Assembly: GCF_964355755.1 (NCBI RefSeq)
Contig: NC_092677.1
Span: forward strand, 23,423,175 to 23,487,174
Length of the DNA stretch: 64,000 nt
Direction of reading: 5' to 3'
Origin: Antedon mediterranea
Taxonomy: Eukaryota; Animalia; Echinodermata
Shown here: positions 24,701 to 33,517 of the stretch, piece after piece
How positions within the stretch are numbered: the stretch's first letter is position 1
Layout: each line of letters opens with the position of its first letter
Program-made: the position numbers and the translations under genes
Notes under the pieces: generated by a model
The model's database searches: none
The model's input: the letters and a program-made list of their open reading frames with translations, nothing else
Told to the model about the DNA's origin: nothing

Positions 24701-25568
24701 TGTTATTCTTAAAATATATATATCTATATAAATCATAAAAGGCTAGATATCAAATTAAAGTTATATATTAGTATCAGAGGCAGATCTTGGGTTTTTTTAA
24801 ACAGGGGAGTGCTAATTATATGCTGCACATATATATTACTGTACAGTATATCAAAAAAAGTTATCAAATTGTTTGTAAATTTAATTTTCAGCTGTCAAAC
24901 GGGGAAGCGCAATCCACTAGCGGTATAGTATCCCTGGATCTATCTCCGCTATTGACACTCCAGTAGGCCCAGGTGGTGGTACATACAATGTTAAATACTT
25001 TATGTTGATTTTCCAATTTAATTTCACAAACAATTATTAAGTAATTAAATATCACTCATTATTTATTTTAATAATAATAATCTTATTGGGCCTATTATAT
25101 TAAATACACATTTTAATGGGTCTTATATGGGTCTGGGACATATATGATACTAAATTTTAGTGAGGCCAAATTGAAAAATCCTACTACAGTGTCTATATAG
25201 AATAGTATATAGAATGTTAGTATTGTTGTTTCAATTAAATAAAAAAATTCTAGACAGTTAGAACACACGATGGATTAAACCAAACTTTTTGCACTCACCT
25301 TGAGTTAAACGGCCTTACACGCACAGCCACCTTCACCCTGTCGAGAAAAAAAGAAATATAATTCACTGTTGAAACCTATAGACTATGGTAGCCAGGCTAC
25401 ACCGTAGGCCGCCACGTCGTCTTACTTACGGTGGCCTACCACGAAACAAACACCGTGTAATACAGGCTGCAGACTGCTCCAAGGCCGCCAATATGCCATG
25501 TGCCTGTAAGTAAGCATTCATACTTAAAATAATACGCAGTGTACTTACGATTCCCCGCCACCCGACAT
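654..25568 (-). CDS. KIF28P: Kinesin-3 family motor, KIF28P/KLP-6-like; spliced gene, exons 1-14 in window, continues past left edge
   Basis: 14 GT-AG-bounded exons join in one frame: [20 protein letters not shown]...[11 protein letters not shown]...GQTGSGKS (P-loop)...NATSSRAH (switch I)...DLAGSE (switch II)...VPYRDSVLT...[23 protein letters not shown]. The subfamily call rests on recalled similarity to KIF28P-like proteins. Confidence 0.85.
803..953. mobile_element. Palindromic PIF/Harbinger-like MITE; related copies at ~31692-31809 and ~57785-57881
   Basis: AG(C/T)TCTGTCTACACTAT...ATAGTGTAGA(T/C)AGAGCT with TAA/TTA flanks. Confidence 0.7.
1129..1352 (-). CDS. KIF28P: Kinesin exon 13 (end of motor, neck linker and neck coil)
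   Basis: ttag|...|gtattt; ORF 1109..1345. Confidence 0.93.
1480..1825 (-). mobile_element. L2/CR1-group LINE 3' fragment
   Basis: [16 protein letters not shown]...[12 protein letters not shown]...[13 protein letters not shown]...FKIRLKTHL plus (TTGA)n tail. Confidence 0.75.
2116..2213 (-). CDS. KIF28P: Kinesin exon 12 (ALADLS...[20 protein letters not shown])
   Basis: tgcag|...|gtacat; PYRDS motif. Confidence 0.95.
2355..2610 (+). mobile_element. tRNA-derived SINE
   Basis: A box tagcttggtgg, B box ggttcaatcc; the body recurs headless at ~17030-17210. Confidence 0.6.
2819..2916 (-). CDS. KIF28P: Kinesin exon 11 ([32 protein letters not shown])
   Basis: ttcag|...|gtatga; conserved motor motif. 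Confidence 0.95.
3041..3215. repeat. Inverted repeat of PLE-pLTR-like sequence with degenerate hammerhead motif
   Basis: Arms tgcggtacac.../...gtgtaccgca; minus arm reads CTGAGGA...GAAACGTA. Confidence 0.5.
3661..3813 (-). CDS. KIF28P: Kinesin exon 10 (switch I SSRAH, LVDLAG)
   Basis: tacag|...|gtacag; ORF 3626..3844. Confidence 0.95.
4501..4687 (-). CDS. KIF28P: Kinesin exon 9 ([20 protein letters not shown]...)
   Basis: catcag|...|gtaagg; EIYNE motif; ORF 4472..4666. Confidence 0.95.
6098..6275. repeat. Inverted repeat of PLE-pLTR-like sequence with hammerhead-like motif
   Basis: Arms ~6098-6161 / ~6211-6275; consensus TTGAGAA-t-GTGAACT-gag-AGTTCAC-GAAACGTC. Confidence 0.5.
7493..7575. 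repeat. 18-bp minisatellite (GACAACAAACATGACAAT)n
   Basis: Three perfect units plus degenerate flanks. Confidence 0.85.
7982..8045 (-). CDS. KIF28P: Kinesin exon 8 ([21 protein letters not shown])
   Basis: ttcag|...|gtaagt; kinesin GI(V/I)P motif. Confidence 0.92.
8142..8438. mobile_element. Kolobok-like MITE
   Basis: TTAA on both sides; TIR AGATGTATTGT; truncated second copy at ~22257-22520. Confidence 0.7.
8544..8622 (-). CDS. KIF28P: Kinesin exon 7 (P-loop, [16 protein letters not shown])
   Basis: gtag|...|gtaagt; Walker A motif. Confidence 0.95.
9032..9648. mobile_element. hAT-like CAGTGGCGTA MITE family member; related copies at ~4105-4402, ~6302-6459 and ~13144-13325
   Basis: Ends cagtggcataa / ttacgccact; shared motifs ctggtttag..ccctaag.ggcc and gggtttagcca.tgag. 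Confidence 0.6.
9201..9630. mobile_element. MITE with 20-bp TIR and internal TATACGGTATATT repeats, nested in another MITE
   Basis: GGCCCCGTTTCTGCTGCCAA ... TTGGCAGCAGAAACGGGGCC. Confidence 0.8.
9701..9825 (-). CDS. KIF28P: Kinesin exon 6 (SHDNFTED...GVLDNAFK)
   Basis: ttag|...|gtatg; overlaps ORF 9684..9866. Confidence 0.92.
12590..12845 (-). mobile_element. 5S rRNA-derived SINE (SINE3) or 5S pseudogene with a non-5S body
   Basis: Minus strand taccacgttgaaacaccggttctcgtcagatcacccgaagttaa...gggcctggttagagcttggatggg matches metazoan 5S rRNA (~12740-12845), followed by a GC-richer body. Confidence 0.7.
14121..14176 (+). ncRNA. Type I hammerhead ribozyme (PLE/retrozyme-like)
   Basis: TCGC-CTGATGA-GTGTGGCCAGC-tagat-GCTGGTCATAC-GAAA-CAGATTTG-TA-GCGA: full core, 11-bp stem II, GUA cleavage triplet, stem I TCGC/GCGA. 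Confidence 0.75.
17030..17210 (+). mobile_element. Headless copy of the SINE at 2355
   Basis: Shares tcttctatc..gggacc.ttcta..taggc.t.cttcatca..gcttctatgaatg..gcagaa.actagt..caatcg.gaa.ttacct. Confidence 0.55.
20862..21706. mobile_element. pogo/Tigger-like (Tc1-mariner) non-autonomous element
   Basis: 24-bp TIR CCGTAAAACCTCGAAAAGAAGCCC, TA on both sides, repeated subterminal AAAAGAAGCCC motifs. Confidence 0.8.
22257..22520. mobile_element. Truncated copy of the Kolobok-like MITE at 8142
   Basis: ttaa-agatgcattgtcc...gacttttgaatagg...tttcaggtaaataa shared with 8142-8438. Confidence 0.6.
23197..23219 (-). CDS. KIF28P: Kinesin exon 5, 23-nt micro-exon (FTFDYSY-W)
   Basis: tttacag|TTTACATTTGATTATTCATATTG|gtaagt; conserved kinesin-3 FxFDYSYWS motif. 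Confidence 0.88.
23641..23657 (-). CDS. KIF28P: Kinesin exon 4, 17-nt micro-exon (KEDPKS)
   Basis: Poly-T tract + cag|AGGAAGATCCGAAATCA|gtaagt; restores frame between exons 3 and 5. Confidence 0.75.
24610..24686 (-). CDS. KIF28P: Kinesin exon 3 ([25 protein letters not shown])
   Basis: tacag|...|gtatgt; 77 nt, phases consistent. Confidence 0.88.
25299..25337 (-). CDS. KIF28P: Kinesin exon 2 ([13 protein letters not shown])
   Basis: cag|...|gtgagt; canonical kinesin-3 N-terminal motor motif. Confidence 0.92.
25549..25568 (-). CDS. KIF28P: Kinesin exon 1 (start codon, MSGGGE-S)
   Basis: aaaATGTCGGGTGGCGGGGAATC|gtaagt; phase 2 matches exon 2. Confidence 0.7.
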
Positions 25569-25734
25569 TTTCTCAGTTTGCTAACTTCTACTTCTGTTTT
25601 TAATTTTATACTTCAATAAATCCAACTTTAATCTATCCTATTAGATACTCGTCCCAACACAAAAGCCTCTGAGTATCGCAAAACTTCGTTTCTACCTTGG
25701 AAGTGGGTTATCTATTTGCTGTAATTTGTGTAAC

Positions 25735-25764
25735 AATGCTAGGCAACCAAGTACGATGACGTCA
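25735..25764 (-). promoter_or_regulatory. Putative kinesin promoter elements: RFX X-box-like site and CRE
   Basis: GTTGCCTAGCATT (minus strand, 25735-25747) and TGACGTCA (25757-25764), ~170-190 bp upstream of the ATG. Confidence 0.4.
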
Positions 25765-27848
25765 GGTCTGGTAGAATCAACCATTTAAATTGTGGGGAAC
25801 TTAAATGTTAAATTAAGTTAAAATTAAACCAGTTTTAGTATTTTCATTAATCATTATGAAAATATAGCAATTAGTTAATGAAAGAAAAGGACTACAATAC
25901 TATATTTTATTATCGAATAAGGGCAAATTAACAACGTTGTATTTTTATCATTTTATCTTCCTATTATTTTACTTGAGGGCGTTCTACATTTTTTTCACAA
26001 CAAAAAGTATACCCGAACTTACTGTCTTTCGTAATCAAATAATTATATACAACTTTTATCTAAACTTAACTAAGAAGCATTATTTATTGGTAATTTATCT
26101 AAACAAACCTACAGTATAGCTTACTTGCTTCATCTTCGTAATAGAGTAGGCCTACTGTGGTAACATAATAATATAATATCCCGTTTTAAGTAGGCTTAAT
26201 CGGGCGGGAGTAGACCTACAAACAAGCTTATTAATATTAATTTGCCTATATTATTTTTTATTTCAGCAACAAACAATGTTCACATCTATCACACCTTATT
26301 TGAAATGTATATAAACTATAGTTGTTTTATTTAATTCATGTTTTCATCATGATTGTTTGATTAAGTTCAATGAAATTTACATAAACACGGATGTAAATTG
26401 TATTTAATGTACGATCGTAATCATCCTATCAACAAACAAATAACATCGTGTAAATTATTCACACCTTTTAATGCTCATGACATCAAGAAATACGATGGAA
26501 ATACATGTAAAGACAACAAAAGTACAATTCTGAGATCATGAGAAAATTCCTCCGTGGTGTGATCTGAGCGTGAACAAAATGATCCTTGGTTATTTATTAC
26601 ACATTGTTTAATGACATTTAAAATGTCCTAAAATCATCAAATATGTTGTAATTTTAGGCCCTAAACTTTCTAAAACATATTTATTATTTGATATTTCACT
26701 ATTATAGAAACATCTCCATTGGTTGGATGTATTGGAACATTGAATCAATTCAATTTAATCATTTCCAATGTTAGATGTTATTACTTATACATTCCGTTTT
26801 ATATGTGAAATTTCTGGTTTCGCCACGAGCTGGATCACTGTAAACGTTGTTAAAATGTTTTAGGCTATCAATACTAATTTGTTCCAATACCATATTTTGT
26901 TTAAGATGTTAAGACGTTTAAAAATACGATAGGCCTACTCTGCAATCTAAGGCTTAAGAGCATCCATGGACACTGATATGATAATTATTAGCTAAGATAG
27001 ACACATGTGAGTGTCATGGTCGTTTTCAGCGCGACTCACCCCAAACGATAGACCTAGGCTAACACATCTCAAGCGTATTTAAGAATACGCACATATGCTT
27101 CTTCAGCAGGACAATTCAGTTTTGCCAGGTTCTTTATTCCATGTACGAACTTATCGTTTAGGCCTAGATAAGAAACAGAATTGATGACAGTAAAGTTTTA
27201 CTTTAGACCAAATGCTAGTGTACGTAGGTTGTTTGGGTCACATTCCACGAACTGAAAGCAGAAGAAAATAAATTACAACTAAATTGATGTTTAAAACTTA
27301 CAATTATTTTCAAATATTCCGTAGTGAGTGTCTTCGATACGATCGGCGGTTGAGCACGGTAGTGATGATGATACATTGTTTCTGATTGGTCAGTAGTTTA
27401 GTCAGGACAAAAAAAAAATGAATACGATAAAGGCATGCGCATAATGTTACGATGACGTCATGCGCTAAAATTCACTACTTTTAAACTAAATAATTTGATT
27501 ATTTATTGTTTCCTCTGGAAGTAAGGAATCAGAATTTTAACATGGACCTATAAATATAATTTTTAGATAGTTGATTTTATGGCATGCACGTCGCCCTCTT
27601 TTACGCCTAGCCTTTAAACTGGTTTGCAGAGGGATTTTTTATTCGAGTCTTTATTTAAAAAAAAAAATTAATAAATACACATTGATACGGAAAAAATACA
27701 TAAATACACATTATTATGCTTTTGCCAATTAGTTTATGTAACTGTATTGTATAATCATTTAAAAGACCATGTTTTCTTAAAATATATGTTAAATCGGACT
27801 GTGAATTCCAAATTAGTATACTCGATAAAAATATTCGACACTCTCTTA

Positions 27849-28027
27849 AGCGTGGTTCCCACTAGCGACGCAACGCAAGGACGTAACGCAACGCAAGTGA
27901 ATTGACCAATCACAAGCGATGGCTTATTCGCTTGTGATTGCTAACTGTCTATAACTTCGCTTGTTATTGGTTAAAACGCTTGCGTTGCGTTTACGTCCTT
28001 GCGTTACGTTCTAGTGGGAACCAAGCT
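27849..28027. mobile_element. Palindromic PIF/Harbinger-like MITE
   Basis: AGCGTGGTTCCCACTAG...CTAGTGGGAACCAAGCT; TTA duplicated on both sides. Confidence 0.75.
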
Positions 28028-30336
28028 TTAGACCGCGCCTGTATAGTTCGAAATTACAAAGTTATGAATTCGAAGGCATTTATAAATTGATATGTATTGA
28101 TCATAGGATAAAAACAATAGCTGTAAAAAATATAAAACATGCGGCCATCTTCCTCTTTCGTGGGGGAAAACCCACAGCAGATGTTTGACGTATGATTTGG
28201 TTATTCAGCAGGCTATTATCTATCTAAAAGTTACTCCAACATTAATGTCATTTTTATTGTTCCGCGATGTCAGTCTCATTATTCTCAAAGTGGGTTTTTA
28301 CAAAAAAATTGTAGGGCTACAGTATTCCAAATCTTCAAAAAGTAGTTCCGGCTAGGGACAATGACAGCATTAAAAACAACTGCAATTTAGTGACGGATGA
28401 TAAATACTTAATACTTCATTGAAAGATTTCAATTCATTTTGAATAATAATATGTCAGTAACATTTATGTGTAAATCCGGAATAAGGCATTAGTTAGAAGC
28501 CACCTTATGTAACCATGAACGTATTTATTATACGTCCGTGATGTAAATGGTGACAGTGTGTGCCGACTTGGTAAAAAATCGCCGTCACCCCATCGACGCT
28601 TTGCATATTCATCAACTGGTGATTCCAGGAAGAGTTCAATGAGCCATCATAAAGTTTTAAAATCAACGTATGGGAAAAAAGGAATCTACAACCTTTCGTT
28701 TGTTTAATAAGAAACTTTATTTGAATAATGTTTGACCTTGGGTAAACTGCCAAAGACCTTTTTTTTTATAACTTTATGATCATTAGAAACAAATCAATTT
28801 AATGTTATCTTCTACTTTATACAATATTTAAACCTGCCTATATTAGTAGGTCTTATACCATTCGACTGCCGAATTGCACTATGGTACCTTTACTTATTTT
28901 ACATACAGTTTACGGGTTGTAGTTTTTGAAAGGGACTACAGCATTGGAAAATACTTTCAACACGTTTCTTATGTAACAAAATAAATATAAAAACTACTAT
29001 GTTTTGAAAGTTAAAAGTGCAGTCAAGCTGTACTATTATTGGTGGAATTTGTGAAATAACAATACTCGTTCTATTGCTGGTATGTTCTCACAAGTCGGTA
29101 ATAATAAACTCTATTAATATGTGGGAACTTCAAGCGAGATTGGCTTTAGACAATACTTGGCCAAATTCATTGGATACTTAGACGGAATGAATCTGAACCT
29201 AACATGTTTACATAAATCACCATATAAAATGAACAATTAACAAAACTTAACCAAGCATAAGAAGTATTCATTAAACATCAAGATATCAACTTCTTAAATA
29301 TTAAGTAACAAATACCTGTTTAAATACCTCATAATTGAGTATACAATATAATAAGTACACAGCTAAATTTGGGAACAATACGCAACCTTTTGATGAAACA
29401 AAAGATTGCAATGGCAAACCTTATGCCTGCGGAATTTCAAGACAAAAAGACAAAATACCCATACAACCAAGGGTTTAATACTAAATAAAAGGCTACAAAA
29501 CAATAACTTATGTTAAATTAGGCTTAACAATAATTGTTGGCAAGTTATCTTTTGAAACAAAATAAAAAACAAGTTTTTATTTTAAATTTATTGTTTTTGG
29601 TATTAAGAGATAACTCTCTTGTACAGTAACATAGTATTTATAGTATTACAAGTATATATAGTTGTATATACAATTATGAAAATTTAAATCATATGTTTCA
29701 ATTTTTAGGTAATCAAACCAATATCCAAGGTATTGAATCAAGGCATACTGTGGGCATTCATGTATTCAATAAGAATATTCATTATTATTAGAGTGTAAGC
29801 CTACAATATCAAGGTTTTATTGTACACTCATAATAATGGAATTGGTTGCATTATTTCATTGTTACCTGGTAACAAGTGAGTTTGATACAAAAATCAAATA
29901 TTTCTAAATTTATTTACATGTAAATAATAGCTATATACAGTATAGAATAACCAACAATTTATGATTGAAAAGTTATATCATAGATATAAACCTTGTCTTA
30001 AAATATAAACAGAACTAACTTTTTAAGAGCAATACATTTAAAGAACAGTTTATTCAATCAAATTCACATAGTGAATGACTGATAAAACTATGTACATGTA
30101 GTGGCACTGTAGAATGGTGGTTGACCAAACACAATTGAGTTATATGTTCAAATCTTGGAACAGTCCGTAGACCTAGAAACATATTTTTCTTATGACCAAT
30201 AATATAAATTTGCTCTTGATATAATGGTACAACCCACCATTAAAAAAAAAATCTTAGTTTTCTAGTCACCCATCATCGGATCTAGAAAACTAAGACCTGA
30301 GATATCTTGGTTTTCTAGATCTAGAAAGATATCTAA

Positions 30337-30511
30337 TACCCCTTTCACACCAAAAGCAAAACTCCGGAGACACCCCGGAGTTGACGCCCCCCTGTTTGGT
30401 GTGAAAGGTAAAATCAAGCAACTCCGTTGTTTAAAACTGCGGGGTTGAACAGCTGAACATTCTCCGGAGAGCGAACTGCGGGGACACCCCGGTGTTTTGG
30501 TGTGAAAGGTA
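30337..30511. mobile_element. MITE
   Basis: Inverted ends cctttcacaccaaaa / ttttggtgtgaaagg, with an internal third copy of the motif. Confidence 0.55.
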
Positions 30512-31905
30512 CCTTAGGTCATAGTTAGACACCCCTTTATACTGTACAAAAGTTTCTACTTGTGACGTCACATTAAAAAAAAAATTTCCCCCATTTCTTA
30601 GGGCTGTTTTCTATGCCTTATCAACATCTCCGAAATTTACTATTACAGTCAGTGGTATGTAATAGTGTATACTACGTGTAGACATAACATGAAACTTTTT
30701 GGAACCCTTTCATATCATCTTTAAGGACGGTTCCAGCAGAGGATCTTGCCTACTTAGGTGGACTAATGCGCCGGGTTATCTCACACTCAGCTGTTGTTTC
30801 TACTACTAATAATGTCTCCCCTTGTGTGTTAAGTTCAGTACAACCATTTCTATAAATATATTGCTCTTTCCCCCTACAAATCATACTAAAATCATACTAA
30901 ATCATATCAAATCATCATATCAAATCATACTAAAAAATATTCGTTGTTTTACCTATCAGCACAACAATCAGAAACAATACTACGGTATTATTGATTTGGC
31001 AAAATCATCGTTGATTTATGAAAATAAAATTACATTAAACATTGAAACTATATATAATTCGAAATAAACTATACAAAATAATGTAAACAAATAATGACAT
31101 GCTTAGACAAGCACACTTGACAGATGGTGGAAGCATGAAAAACAATATAAATATTACAACTTATTTATCTAAAATAAAATATGTATTTCTTTTACAATAC
31201 TATACATAGCATTTTTCATTCATTAAAAAGCACTATTTTTTTTTTAAAACTGTTACTAAATAATAGTAAATAGTGTCATAAGTAGGATGTCAATATAATA
31301 TTACAGATATCTGTTGGTACAAACAAGTTTTGGTGTTTTGTAATGGGAATGGAATTGAAATTATCAAAAACACCTACATATCCAATTGTAAAATTTCTTT
31401 GATAAAAATAATATTTTTAAAAATCCACTCAAATGACATCATGAACAATAAAATCATCACAATATTATTGCTCTTACTAATCATGACATCATTCAATTGG
31501 ACTTGTGAAAACATTATTTTTATCAAAGACAATGTAAAGGTTATCGGAAGTTCTATAGATGAAAACTTTTCTAATTTACTTTATGTAAGAAAATGCATAA
31601 TTATTTATCTAGCTATTGTTATCATCTTAGTATAAATGGGCCTTAAAGTTTTTTGTTTAAACACTGATAAACATGAGATGATATAGAATTAAAGCTCTGT
31701 CTACACTATCACTAGTTTGACAAAAACAAGTGTGATGTGCCCAAATATGGTACAACATAATTGTGTCCATATATGGTTTGTCACAAGCCTGATAGCGTAA
31801 ACAGAGCTTTAGATGTGTGTGATGATTAATATAGACAGTTTTGGTACCCCATGATGTATGGAGTTCGGACAAAAACTGTTGAACTTCTCTACAATATGCT
31901 TAGAT

Positions 31906-31941
31906 CATGGAGGAAAAAATATTATTATTTTTTCCTCCATG
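31906..31941. mobile_element. 36-bp CATGGAGG hairpin with 7-bp TSD (probable P-element excision scar)
   Basis: cttagat-CATGGAGGAAAAAATATTATTATTTTTTCCTCCATG-cttagat. Confidence 0.6.
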
Positions 31942-32668
31942 CTTAGATCAAAGGAGTAAGCACTACATAATGTGTTGCACTGCAAATCTTATACTGTATA
32001 TTCAATTCAATTCAGATAACAATTCAATTCAATTCAATTTCTCCATGATCATATGTTACAAGAAAACGATAATATTTTGATACATTACCAGCTACAAGTT
32101 GTTGATGTCAAGTTAAAATATCAACTCATAATATTTTGATACATATGTCCTTCTACTAAGGTATCCAGTTGGTAATCAATGGAGGTATAAATCTTAATAA
32201 TACAGTATGTGATACATCATTATTGTAGGTGCTTTCCATTTTGATATCAAGTTAACCCAAAACTGACAATATTTCATTTTGATGAATGTGACATTTATGA
32301 TTATTGTTGGCAAATAGTATTCAGGATATTCCACATGAATTTAGGCTAAACCTACATAATGTATTGGTACAACAGTAAATGAGATTGATAGTATTTTTGT
32401 TTATACAACTTGTTCTAGTTTTTACTTGCACATGTCTGTACAGTATTACAATGTAGGTCTCCTATTGATGATCATCAAGTGTTTACCACTGGACATTTCT
32501 TATTCCTATCATGACCAGTGGAAATCAAAGATATTCACTCTTAAAGTCTCAATCACACTGGAGGCGTTTTTTGAAAATTTATCCAACCCAATTAATTTGA
32601 CCAACAAAGCCAATCCAAACACTGGCTACCAAAAGCATCCATCTTGAGTAAAGTTACAATGGTTAAAT

Positions 32669-32694
32669 CATGGAGGTTATACTGTACCTCCATG
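32669..32694. mobile_element. 26-bp CATGGAGG hairpin with 7-bp TSD (probable P-element excision scar)
   Basis: gttaaat-CATGGAGGttatactgtaCCTCCATG-gttaaat; the neighbouring duplicate at 32751-32802 lacks it. Confidence 0.65.
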
Positions 32695-33474
32695 GTTAAA
32701 TTTACTATTTTCCAGTTCAGTGCGAACAAGGCTTAAACAAGGCTTTAGTTAAAGTTACCATGGTTAAATTTACTATTTTCAATACTAGTGCGAACAAGGC
32801 TTTAGGTACATAAATAAATACAGCAGCATGTTACAAACACTAACATCTGAATTGTACAGCATGTGTGCACATACCTACAGTGGTATAAATTTCATTCCAT
32901 CATTAATTTTAGCGTGACCCTAAACTCACCTCTGATGAGGTCAATCATGTGACAATTTCACAAATCAAATCAATAGAACTATTTTATTTTTCCTGTAAAA
33001 AATTATTAAAAAATACAAATATGAATTTTATTTTAGATTAATAGTGTACATACACTTAAACATATATTTGTTACATATATTTTCCACAAAACAGATGTTA
33101 TTCATTACAACTTGCATGAGATGGAAAGATTTGGATCACGACAGTGGGTTGTATGCAGGACAAACCACAGGTCGATGACTTTTTAAGTTTGAAAATAGAT
33201 TATGAATCAAACAGTTGCATAGGGCTGGTATTTATTGTATGTTAAGAGGAACCTTTTTATGGACTAATGTATTTGGTAACGTTGCCAAAAGTTGCAATAA
33301 TACATTCTTTCCTTTAGTGGTTAAAGCAAAAATGTGGTTCTTTAGAAATGTTGGTACTGGGATGAAATAGATAAAGAAGATGATTGAAAATGTTCATCTG
33401 GTTTGTAGTAATAAGTTACTAGAAATGTTCTAAATGTTCTAGGTGTCAATCTGTTTGATGATAGATCGTCATTA

Positions 33475-33517
33475 GTTCTGAAGAAGCTGTCCGATCAGGA
33501 CAGCGAAACTGTCAAGG
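33475..33517 (+). ncRNA. Minimal hammerhead-like motif (PLE pLTR remnant)
   Basis: CTGAAGA-A-GCTGTCC-gatca-GGACAGC-GAAAC-TGTC; stem I is weak. Confidence 0.5.

Noticed and set aside
25430-25503. Extra kinesin exon between exons 1 and 2 (cag...gtaagt)
   Set aside because: Its 74 nt break the frame and the upstream intron would be only 45 nt.
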